DNA from: Candidatus Iainarchaeum sp.
Lineage (GTDB): Archaea; Iainarchaeota; Iainarchaeia; Iainarchaeales; DTGL01
DNA: 25,130 nt
NCBI GenBank assembly: GCA_038886995.1
Contig: JAWALG010000013.1
Coordinates: 1 to 25,130, forward strand
Direction: 5' to 3'
In this document: positions 8,411 to 16,917 of the stretch, in pieces
Position numbering within the stretch: position 1 is the first letter of the stretch
Layout: each line of letters opens with the position of its first letter
Translations under genes and position numbers: made by a program
The notes under the pieces: model-generated
What the model saw: only the letters and a program-made list of their open reading frames with translations
What the model was told of the DNA's origin: nothing
The model's database searches: none

Positions 8411-9163
8411 TTAGGTGTACATTAAGGGATTGCCGCTATCTTCAAACCTCTGCACACTATCCTGTACCTTTTTCATATCGCTGATGTGCTTTGCTAGTGT
8501 TGCCTCTAAACGCTTGGCTTCTTTTAAAAGTGGCTGTGTATCAATCCTGATCCCTAGAATCTGAGCAAGCTTGTTTAAGCATATTGCTGCTGAGTGATAA
8601 TCCTCTATCACTGAAACTTTACCGAGAAGGCAGTAGCTAACAATGTCACTGTTCTTAGTAAGCTCAAGCATAAGTATTGAGCTTACACCGCTAGTGATGC
8701 CCTCTTCAACAAGCTTGACGCCATTCTTAAGAAGCTCTTCCTTTGCTTTTTCATTGCAAGCTATCCCATAAACCTCTGTTGCCTCAGAGTTGTTCTGTTC
8801 AGCACTTTGTGTGTATATTCCTTCAAGCGATATAACCCTAGCAACATTTCTTTTCTTCGCCCATTCAGCAATCGTTTTTGCAACCTCAAAAACTGATGTT
8901 TTTGGTATAATTTGTTCTGAATAAACTACAAGAAGCTTAAGTTCATGATTAACATAAATTATTGATGGATGCCTAGGCCAGCCATTATGAACCCTAACAA
9001 CTGGCAGGAAGAAATCCGCCTCTATGTGCGCATATTTTTCAAAAGACAGCTTTTCTACAAGATAGTTTGCTGTTATTGTGCCAACAAGCCCAAGGCCCGG
9101 GAAGCCCTCAATCAGCGTATAACCGCTAAAATCTGCCTCGTGCTTTTCTACGATATTTATCAA
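8411..9163 (-). CDS. PAC2-family proteasome assembly chaperone (PbaA/PbaB-like)
   Basis: Signature LIEGFPGLGLVGTITANYL, plus VISLEG, GxxSGVSSILM and CLLG...DYHSA. C-terminal M-Y-T fits HbYX. TTG start with GGAGAGTG upstream. Confidence 0.92.
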   Translation of the reverse strand: MINIVEKHEADFSGYTLIEGFPGLGLVGTITANYLVEKLSFEKYAHIEADFFLPVVRVHNGWPRHPSIIYVNHELKLLVVYSEQIIPKTSVFEVAKTIAEWAKKRNVARVISLEGIYTQSAEQNNSEATEVYGIACNEKAKEELLKNGVKLVEEGITSGVSSILMLELTKNSDIVSYCLLGKVSVIEDYHSAAICLNKLAQILGIRIDTQPLLKEAKRLEATLAKHISDMKKVQDSVQRFEDSGNPLMYT

Positions 9164-9189
9164 AAAAGACCACTCTCCACAAGATTTGA

Positions 9190-10728
9190 TTATCCTTTTA
9201 TTACCTCAATAACCCCAACGCTTTGTGTTTCTATAGTGCCTTTGATGGGATCCTCGTAAGTCATGCTTATTATGCACCTTTTCGTTGTGTTTTTTATAGC
9301 ATCTGCTGGCGCTGATGCTATGAGCGTTATATAACCAGTTTTCTGAGGATCAACAGATTCCAAAGAAAGGACATCAAGAGGCCTTAGCCATTGTGTAGTG
9401 CATTCCTGCGGATTATCAATTTTAACATCTATGTTTTTTATAGGCAAATCACCACTATTTGTTATCTGTACTTTGGTAGTTATCTCCATTGGCAGATCGT
9501 TTTTGTAAACTATGACTGCCTTTGAAACAGTTAGGTTTGCTCTAAACGCTAAGCGCGGCGTACGCTTTATTGCAAGCGTGAGCTTTGACTTTACCGGTTC
9601 TTTTAGGAAAGGTGCACTCAATACAATGTTGCCGTAAATCGTTTCTGCTTTTGCTGTTAGTGGCACATTTACCTCCAAAGGTTCAGTTATTGTGCTCTTT
9701 GGCCCAATCTCAAGTATTTTTCTTAAATTTCTTGGCTCGGTTATGACATTTCCAAATGCAAACCAGCTTAAAATATCATCTACCCTATTTTCCTTTGAAG
9801 AAGTTATCTCTATCCCAAGCTCGAGTTCCTTTACATGGAATGGGCTTTGATTTTTTATGGCTATATCTTTTCTTTCATTTGGCTTTGTTACTGGGTCTAT
9901 TGTAAAGTTCACTCCACCCATTGAAATAGTTGGTTTTATGCACAAAGTAAATTGCTTATCAGCAATTTCATTAGTGTATTTTATCCCAACCCTCGCCTTC
10001 TTTTGCTCGCAGTCATACTTTAACTGAATGTTTTCTGGAATCTCACATAGAACTGAGACATCCTGAACTGTATTTGCAGGAACCATTAATTCAGCTAAGC
10101 GGCAGTTGAAATTGTTCAGATCACCTGAAAAGTAAAGAATTAAAGTTTCATTGGTTACAGTGTCATTTTTTAATCTGACATCAACTAAGAAGTTTTGCCC
10201 AATATAAAGCGTGCTTGGGAGTGATATTGAATCTATTTTCACACCAATATCTTTTTCAAGTTTGATACTGATTGATTGCGATTCTTTTAATTCGATGTCC
10301 TTAGAGGCCCTTTTGTAGTTCGTGGCGCTGACCGAGACAACATATTTGCCTTTTTGCAATCTGACAACATATGTGCTTTCGCCACTTTTCTCAACAACTA
10401 ATTTTCCTGAGAGGTCCTTTATTGTGAGTTGATTTGAGCTTATGCTTTGATCTGAAAGATCCGAAACGTAAATTGTAAGGTCTCTATAAGAACCGAACAA
10501 AAAATTATCGTTTATGTATAATGCAACAAATATAAATACAACAATCCCTACTAACGCTAAAATTTTTTTGTAATTTTTCTTAAGCGGTTCTTTTGCCTTA
10601 CCAAGGGATTTCATTAGGCGATCTGCTTGCGTTTCATCAAGCTTCTTTAGGTCCTCTTCTGTAAGGTCATATATGCCCTGGTGCTTAACGCTTTGTGGCA
10701 CTATATTATCTGCTATTTTGTCAGGCAT
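9190..10728 (-). CDS. Membrane-anchored surface protein with PEGA/carboxypeptidase-regulatory-like and CARDB/Ig-like beta domains
   Basis: 512 aa. About 55-aa charged N-terminus, one TM (ILALVGIVVFIFVALYI), then LQKGKYVVSVSATNYK (PEGA-like) and repeated VxVxLxN / VQITNSGDLPIKNIDV (CARDB-like) segments. AGGGTG RBS. Confidence 0.75.
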   Translation of the reverse strand: MPDKIADNIVPQSVKHQGIYDLTEEDLKKLDETQADRLMKSLGKAKEPLKKNYKKILALVGIVVFIFVALYINDNFLFGSYRDLTIYVSDLSDQSISSNQLTIKDLSGKLVVEKSGESTYVVRLQKGKYVVSVSATNYKRASKDIELKESQSISIKLEKDIGVKIDSISLPSTLYIGQNFLVDVRLKNDTVTNETLILYFSGDLNNFNCRLAELMVPANTVQDVSVLCEIPENIQLKYDCEQKKARVGIKYTNEIADKQFTLCIKPTISMGGVNFTIDPVTKPNERKDIAIKNQSPFHVKELELGIEITSSKENRVDDILSWFAFGNVITEPRNLRKILEIGPKSTITEPLEVNVPLTAKAETIYGNIVLSAPFLKEPVKSKLTLAIKRTPRLAFRANLTVSKAVIVYKNDLPMEITTKVQITNSGDLPIKNIDVKIDNPQECTTQWLRPLDVLSLESVDPQKTGYITLIASAPADAIKNTTKRCIISMTYEDPIKGTIETQSVGVIEVIKG

Positions 10729-10754
10729 TTATACACCCTATTATTTTTTGTGTA

Positions 10755-13700
10755 TTATTTTAACATTTTATTATTTAAAATCTTTTTGCTTCTGCAAAAT
10801 TGACTTCTTTTGCACTTCTGACGCAAAAATGCGTTTGCTATGGTAATTGTTATAAATAGCGCACCAAGGTGCGCCGCCAAGGATACTAAATCTTCAGGCA
10901 ATGAAGGAAGATTGAATCCGCTTGAAGATCCTAAACCAGAGACATTCAAAATGTTGTCGCCTGCTTTTGTTACTACGCCCCCAGCGCCTGCTTGTGTCAA
11001 GGCCCCTGCCCTGAAGGCCTCGAGCAAAGGCAGAAGTTGTGCGTTTTCAGCATACCATTTGTTTGTGGTTGGATCATACCAGAATGAGCCATTTGGTCCT
11101 TGCGCGCTTGTAAGTAGCTCAGGCGGATAATTGTTGTATTGGATCATAGGCTTTCCATCATCTGTTGTAATTTTTATATTGTGCTCATTCCCATTGGCAT
11201 CTTTTATATATATTCCATCTGGCTTAACTTGGAATGTTTCAATAGGCGCCTCATAAACCTCGCCGGTTTCCTTATTTATCACCCTTATATAATTTTTGCA
11301 ACATTCCAGGCCTGAGCATTTGCCATCTGGCTCATACTTTGCAAAGAACACAAACCTCCTTGTTGGTGTTTCCAAGACATTGAAAGGTCCCGATGCTGCT
11401 AACGACTTATTGAACTGCTCAACGCGGTAAGCCCCTATGCCTTCAGTTTCTTTTGGAAGCGCTTGCAATGATATGGCTGGCACCGGGCAATTCGTTTCTG
11501 GGTCAACCACTTGCGCAGGGCTCAGCTTTATTCCACCAACATCTTCTTTGGAAAGCTCTGCCTGCTTGTTCCTTTTAAGCCATACAATAAGCTCATGCGT
11601 GTCTGGCTTATAAAGTATCACGCCATTTTCGAACTGCACTGATTCAAACAAGCCAACATACTCTTCTTTCCCGTTCTTAATCCTGGTTTCCCTATTTGCA
11701 AGAACTATTGCTTTTGAACTTTTGCCTTCAACCATTGTCCTCGGCATACCTTCAGCAACTATTCTATTTTGCTCAAGCACTGCCTTCACTGTGTGCGTAT
11801 CTGTGGTAATTGCAAGCACCTTGCCAAATACTTCAGTAAGGTTAAGGCGCTTTAGGTCTGCCTGCGTATATTTCAAGCCGCTTTGGTATTCTATGCCCTG
11901 CAATATGCATTCAGAAATCTCAGGTATGAGCACAATGAGCTCTGAATCAATACCCATCTCGAACATTGGGTCATTTGAGTCAGGCAGGCCTATAAGCGTG
12001 TAGCGCTTTGGGATCTCCTCTGCAGGTATGTCTGTGTTTGTGGAAATCATTCGCGATGGCACATCGTTTTCTGTAATGACATCAAGCACATTGCCATTTT
12101 GGTCTACAAGCAATATCCTGCCATTCCTAAAGTCAACAATTATTGCCCGGTTGTTGTCTGAAGTAATTACTTTCTCACCTTCTGTTTTGTATGTGGTCGG
12201 TGTTGCTTGGCCTTTAAACCAAAAGGAAAAGAGCTCTTCACCTTGCAGTATTCCTGTGGTTGGTCCCTCAAGATGTACGTTTGCTTGCACTAAGTTGTCC
12301 TGTTTTGCACCACTTGTAAATCTTTTTACTTTTTCGTCAAGCTCTGTTGCTGCTTTTGCAGTGTATGAATTTGGGTTAGATTTAAACATTGAAGTAAGCG
12401 AATCGACAAATGATTGTATGCTGTCCATTGCTGTCTCGGCAGAAAGCTGGCTTGCCGCTTTGCCTTTATCCTCTTTCTTCGCAGGCACAAATATGTGTGT
12501 GTAATAGCCACCATCAACATCAACACAGTCCTGTAGCTTTGGCGCTATCACAAGCTGCTGTGCTAAAGTGCCAAACACTGCACCAAAGCCAAAAAGTGTA
12601 TAGCCGAGTGTCTCACCAAAAGCCAAAAAGCCGCCTATTGTGTGTGGCTTGAATACTTTACCTATGCCTAAATACTTTGAAATGCCCATTGTGGCTTCTT
12701 CAACTGCATCTGCACAGGTTTCCTTCTTCTTTATCGCTTCTTCCAAGCTAATCCTTGAGCTTCCGCTCACATTTTTCTCTTTGCCTTCAAGGTCTGTGTG
12801 GCGTGAGAACATTATCAGCGTAGAACCCCAATTTTTAACATTTTCAGAAACAGCATCTTCGAGTAAGTAAGAGTCGATTTTTCTTCCAGAATAAAAGTTT
12901 GTGAAATAATATCTGTAGTCCATGCCTGAGCGCATAAGTATGCCGCACTCTGTGCAATCCTGTGGCGTTGTTGCATATATTGCAAGATTTTCCACGCTAG
13001 TCCTTACATTGCTTCCGGTAAGCCGCTCATATATGTTTTTTACTGGCTCGAATTTCTCAAATGTGTTAAGCATTAACCATTCCCAAGGCATTAAGCTCAT
13101 AAGTCGCCTAAACATGTCGCCCTGGTCTGATCCCTCGTGCGAAAAGAAGTCAATGAATGCGTCATCGTAAAGCTCTGATTGGCCTAGAGGCCAACGAACC
13201 TCACGCCAACTGTCTGGCAGCATATATGCTGAAGCAAACTTCTGATTGAGGCCGCGTTTTCCAACCCAATACATGTTGAATAGAGCAGTCCATTTAAGGC
13301 CGCCCGCAGGCCTCATGTAATTATGTATGAAATTCTCCTGATACGCTATTGCCCTATCAAGCAAGCTTGTGTATCTCCTTAACTCAAATCCTCTTGCCTC
13401 AAGCGCACGCCTTATTTTTTCCGCACTTTCTGGAGCAAAACTTTCTAAGTTCAAGATATTTTTAGTTTCCATGAGCTTTGTTGCCAAATCTTCTGGAGTT
13501 AATCTTCCTGTTGGTAGTTTTTTCACCTCATTCAGCGAATATAGTGGCTTAGCACCAGTCATCTGGGTCTTAAGTGTGGGGAGGCTTGTACCATTCACTG
13601 GTAGCAAGGCACCTGAATCTGTTTGTACAAAGAAACCCTCATACTTAAACCAGCCCTTCTCTAACTCATCAAATGTTATGTCCTTTATTTTGCTCTCAAC

Positions 13701-15347
13701 TGGAGTAAGCCTATAGAGAACCAAGTTCTTACCTTCGACCTGATATGCATTTCCAGGCCAAGCGCCCCCGAAATGCCCATCACGCGAATATTTTTTGAGA
13801 ACATCATACATATATGAAGAATCACCCGCAAGCCACGTTGGTGAGACCTCACCAACACCTTTTATATTTTGCGTGTAAAGCCCAACAGGCGAATACCTTG
13901 AAAACCACCCGGGCGCATCGAGGCTTATTGTGTTGGTGTAGTCAAGCATTGTTTCGCTTATTGTTTTACCATACTCAACCCTCGCTGCAATTTCTTGCGG
14001 TGAACCAAAACCTGCCTTAGCAGCTTTAAGGTAATTTTCTTTTGCTTCTCTTAAGAAGGCCCTCTGAGTTTTGGTGAATGTTTCAATGTCTTTTGCTTGC
14101 CTGTATAACTCGCGCTTCACGATTGGGTCATCTATTTTACCCATCCAGCCGCCTGCGCTAAGCCAATCGCTTGAAACAGTGCGCGGTATGCTTGGGTTTG
14201 TAAGCAACTCATATCCAGAAGTCCAGCCTTTGCCTTCTGTAAGGTCTTTTGTAAACTTCGCAACTTCTGGGTACTGCTCCATCCGCGTCTGTATTCGTGT
14301 CCTAAGGCGCTTTCCTAAAATTGCGTCTGAATCATAAAACTTTCTCCTAAACCTGTCTGCAAGCTCACTCTCAGACAAACGGAAAGGAAATGTTTTGCTC
14401 ACACCAAGGTGCTGGAAGAGCTTTCTTGCCTGGCCAAGAAGCATTGGCCCAAAAGTGAAAAATGCAATATCCATTGAGAACCAGTTGTTGTAGTACTTAT
14501 CAAACAAAGAGTAAATCGTTATTGTGCAGTCCGAGCTATTGCAGGTTGTTTGCCCATAAGCATTGAAAGTATAAGTTAGTATTGAATTTGGTATCATCTT
14601 GCTTTGAATCCTTTTGTATGATTGTAAAGTTATTTCATTTAAATCGCTTGACGCTATTCGCATCTCTAATTCTTCTTGTGCATCTGCTGGCAAGCCCAAT
14701 TTTTCCCTTATTTCTTTGTACTCTTCTTCTGTTATATCTTCTGGTTCTTTTTTCAGAAAAGCGAACATGTCAGTAAAAGGTTTAAAGTCGCTGACTATGC
14801 CTTCACCTGAGTTTCTCAAAGTGAGTTGCTTATCAACTACTGGGCAAGGAATATTTTTATCTTCAAGGTTGTTGCACCTGCCAACACGTAGCGTATCCGT
14901 TAAGACAAGCCCGAATGAATAAGGCCCATAGATCCAGTCGTTTGTAAGGTGTAATGCTTCAGATATTTCAAATTTCTCATCAGCAACAGGCACTTTGGCA
15001 GCTTCGCCTTTGTTTGCATCTATTGGTATTATTATGGTCGGGTTCTCAAGTTTCTCACGCTCTTTGTTTGTGTCCTGCTTCAAGGAGCTCTTAATCTCTG
15101 AGCCAGTGAAGCCATCTGCAAGAAGCTTTAATATCTTAAATGAGTCCTCATTGCTGAGCTGGCCCATCTCACATGTGAACTTAGCCCTCAAGGGCTTTTC
15201 CTCTTTTTCTTCAGGCAATTCGTCTGCAGCATACACTGGTAAAACGAACTGGTAGTTTATTAGAATCCACACTAGGAAAACCAAAGAAATATCCTTTGCT
15301 ATTTGCCTAGGCAAGCGAAAATAATTCCACATCATTTCTAATAACAT
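10755..15347 (-). CDS. Very large secreted, C-terminally membrane-anchored protein of unknown function (1530 aa)
   Basis: Signal peptide-like N-terminus (ISLVFLVWILINYQFVLPVYA|A), C-terminal TM (LVSLAAHLGALFITITIANAFL) and basic tail, Cys pairs, internal hydrophobic segments. True start may be ATG 15335, given TATAAATA at 15370-15363. Confidence 0.88.
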   Translation of the reverse strand: MLLEMMWNYFRLPRQIAKDISLVFLVWILINYQFVLPVYAADELPEEKEEKPLRAKFTCEMGQLSNEDSFKILKLLADGFTGSEIKSSLKQDTNKEREKLENPTIIIPIDANKGEAAKVPVADEKFEISEALHLTNDWIYGPYSFGLVLTDTLRVGRCNNLEDKNIPCPVVDKQLTLRNSGEGIVSDFKPFTDMFAFLKKEPEDITEEEYKEIREKLGLPADAQEELEMRIASSDLNEITLQSYKRIQSKMIPNSILTYTFNAYGQTTCNSSDCTITIYSLFDKYYNNWFSMDIAFFTFGPMLLGQARKLFQHLGVSKTFPFRLSESELADRFRRKFYDSDAILGKRLRTRIQTRMEQYPEVAKFTKDLTEGKGWTSGYELLTNPSIPRTVSSDWLSAGGWMGKIDDPIVKRELYRQAKDIETFTKTQRAFLREAKENYLKAAKAGFGSPQEIAARVEYGKTISETMLDYTNTISLDAPGWFSRYSPVGLYTQNIKGVGEVSPTWLAGDSSYMYDVLKKYSRDGHFGGAWPGNAYQVEGKNLVLYRLTPVESKIKDITFDELEKGWFKYEGFFVQTDSGALLPVNGTSLPTLKTQMTGAKPLYSLNEVKKLPTGRLTPEDLATKLMETKNILNLESFAPESAEKIRRALEARGFELRRYTSLLDRAIAYQENFIHNYMRPAGGLKWTALFNMYWVGKRGLNQKFASAYMLPDSWREVRWPLGQSELYDDAFIDFFSHEGSDQGDMFRRLMSLMPWEWLMLNTFEKFEPVKNIYERLTGSNVRTSVENLAIYATTPQDCTECGILMRSGMDYRYYFTNFYSGRKIDSYLLEDAVSENVKNWGSTLIMFSRHTDLEGKEKNVSGSSRISLEEAIKKKETCADAVEEATMGISKYLGIGKVFKPHTIGGFLAFGETLGYTLFGFGAVFGTLAQQLVIAPKLQDCVDVDGGYYTHIFVPAKKEDKGKAASQLSAETAMDSIQSFVDSLTSMFKSNPNSYTAKAATELDEKVKRFTSGAKQDNLVQANVHLEGPTTGILQGEELFSFWFKGQATPTTYKTEGEKVITSDNNRAIIVDFRNGRILLVDQNGNVLDVITENDVPSRMISTNTDIPAEEIPKRYTLIGLPDSNDPMFEMGIDSELIVLIPEISECILQGIEYQSGLKYTQADLKRLNLTEVFGKVLAITTDTHTVKAVLEQNRIVAEGMPRTMVEGKSSKAIVLANRETRIKNGKEEYVGLFESVQFENGVILYKPDTHELIVWLKRNKQAELSKEDVGGIKLSPAQVVDPETNCPVPAISLQALPKETEGIGAYRVEQFNKSLAASGPFNVLETPTRRFVFFAKYEPDGKCSGLECCKNYIRVINKETGEVYEAPIETFQVKPDGIYIKDANGNEHNIKITTDDGKPMIQYNNYPPELLTSAQGPNGSFWYDPTTNKWYAENAQLLPLLEAFRAGALTQAGAGGVVTKAGDNILNVSGLGSSSGFNLPSLPEDLVSLAAHLGALFITITIANAFLRQKCKRSQFCRSKKILNNKMLK

Positions 15348-15381
15348 CTTTGTTATTTTTAATATTTATAGTATACCGCAA

Positions 15382-15399
15382 AAATGCTTATTAGCATTT
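15382..15399. other. Inverted repeat between the Tad-like operon and the 1530-aa gene
   Basis: AAATGCT-TATT-AGCATTT is a perfect 7-bp inverted repeat, just upstream of TATAAATA (15370-15363, - strand). Could be an operator or a terminator element. Confidence 0.35.
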
Positions 15400-15417
15400 C
15401 CAGCTTTGGCTTTTGCT

Positions 15418-16329
15418 TCATGCCGTTAGGGCAGAGGCGTTTAAAAAGATTAAGAGCGCAGCAGGCGCTATTAACGCAAAGTAGAAAACTGCTTTTTTAA
15501 GATTGCCATCTTGCATTCCCAAGAAAACTGCTGAGATAAATGCAAGCTCAAAAACATAAGCCGTGCTTGCAATTGCTGAGGCCTCTACTAGCTTTCCTTG
15601 ATTTGGTTTTTCCATGCCAAGGACTTCAAGGTAGCTTAAGTCAAAGCTGCTTGTTATGCTGCAAAGTATGCCAAGTATAAACGGCACTAACAACATGCTG
15701 CTCAGGATTACTGTTACTTTCTGTATTGTAAGCATTGCAGCCCTTTCCCTCATCAGGGCTTTAGCTTCAAGCATTGCTGTGGCAGATTCCCTAAATGTTT
15801 CTGGGCCTATGCTGCCCGATGCATCTGCGAGCTTTAATAGTTGCACAGTGTGAGCGATATTTTCCTTATTGCACCTTCTCTGCAGATTAGATAACGCTTT
15901 ACTAGGGGCAGCACCTTTATTTATTTCCTCTTCCGCTTTTTTGAATTCTGTCGCAATTACATAGTTCCCATTTGCAAGATAACTAATTATTCTTTCAACA
16001 GGCGTCCCTTCTGGCAGTAAGCTTGCGTGCATTAATGCTTCTGCACAGCTCTTTTCTTTTTCAATTAGTTTCTTTTCAGCAATAAATCCTATAAATGCCA
16101 AAACAAAGAAGTAAGAGCCAACGAAGGATAAAACAAAGGCAGCAATTATCATTTCCGTGCCAAAATTTGCAGCGAAGACACTAAAGACAGCAATCATTGC
16201 TATTGCTGCAGCAACAATTTTCGCTATGCTATCCGCTTTTTCAATGCTCATATTTAGCTCGTTGTAAAGGAGCGCCTCAAAGCTTCTTATCTTGTGCTTT
16301 GGGAATATAAGCGTTAGTGCTTTAATCAT
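15418..16329 (-). CDS. T2SS-F family membrane protein (TadC-like)
   Basis: 303 aa. Two N-terminal TMs, a T2SS-F helical domain (IATEFKKAEEEINKGAAPSKALSNL...ADASG), three C-terminal TMs. ATGA overlap with the upstream gene. Confidence 0.88.
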   Translation of the reverse strand: MIKALTLIFPKHKIRSFEALLYNELNMSIEKADSIAKIVAAAIAMIAVFSVFAANFGTEMIIAAFVLSFVGSYFFVLAFIGFIAEKKLIEKEKSCAEALMHASLLPEGTPVERIISYLANGNYVIATEFKKAEEEINKGAAPSKALSNLQRRCNKENIAHTVQLLKLADASGSIGPETFRESATAMLEAKALMRERAAMLTIQKVTVILSSMLLVPFILGILCSITSSFDLSYLEVLGMEKPNQGKLVEASAIASTAYVFELAFISAVFLGMQDGNLKKAVFYFALIAPAALLIFLNASALTA

Positions 16330-16913
16330 AAAGGTGCGGCCTCCTTCATGTATAGCAGCACAAAAGAGCCAAGCACAGGAAATGCAATGGTTGTTATGGC
16401 AAATACATGCAATGGCTCAATATCAAGTGCAAAGAAAGCAGATCCCATGACCACAAAAGCAAGCCAAAGTGCAGGCAAGACAACAGTGCCTGCTATGAAT
16501 AGCAAGCTTATCACAGCAAGCTTTGAAGAATACTCCCTTATCTTTGCCAATTGCACTGACGCAAGCTCTTTGCTCAAAAGCTTTAGCGTATCGTTCTTTC
16601 TTGAGTAGCCGCTCTTTGCAATCTGGTTCAAGTGGCTTAATACCTTTTTGAATTCAATGGAACATGTTTTCGTTGCTGTATGCGCGAAAGCATCGCTTAT
16701 GTCTTTGCCTTTTTCCATCTCACTTATTATTTTTGAGAGTTCTCCCTTAAGTTCACCAGAGGCCTCTTCCCTAATCTTTCTTATAGCTGTCTCAAGCGTA
16801 AGACCTGCAATGAGCTTTGTTCTAAGCGAAAGCACAAAAACAGCAAGCGAGGCCTCAAGTGCTTTGGCTTTTCTAATGCATAAGTATCTTTCAATAAGAC
16901 CCATCAAAGCCAT
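16326..16913 (-). CDS. T2SS-F family membrane protein (TadB-like, short)
   Basis: LIAGLTLETAI...SGELKGELSKIISEMEKGKDISDAF is a T2SS-F signature, followed by two TMs. ATG 16913 has a GGTGAT RBS 7 nt upstream and is preferred over TTG 16928. Confidence 0.88.
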   Translation of the reverse strand: MALMGLIERYLCIRKAKALEASLAVFVLSLRTKLIAGLTLETAIRKIREEASGELKGELSKIISEMEKGKDISDAFAHTATKTCSIEFKKVLSHLNQIAKSGYSRKNDTLKLLSKELASVQLAKIREYSSKLAVISLLFIAGTVVLPALWLAFVVMGSAFFALDIEPLHVFAITTIAFPVLGSFVLLYMKEAAPL

Positions 16914-16917
16914 CTTT

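Noticed and set aside
10840-15255. Numerous plus-strand ORFs of 60-160 aa
   Set aside because: All lie antisense within the 1530-aa gene and show no independent coding signals that I could recognise.
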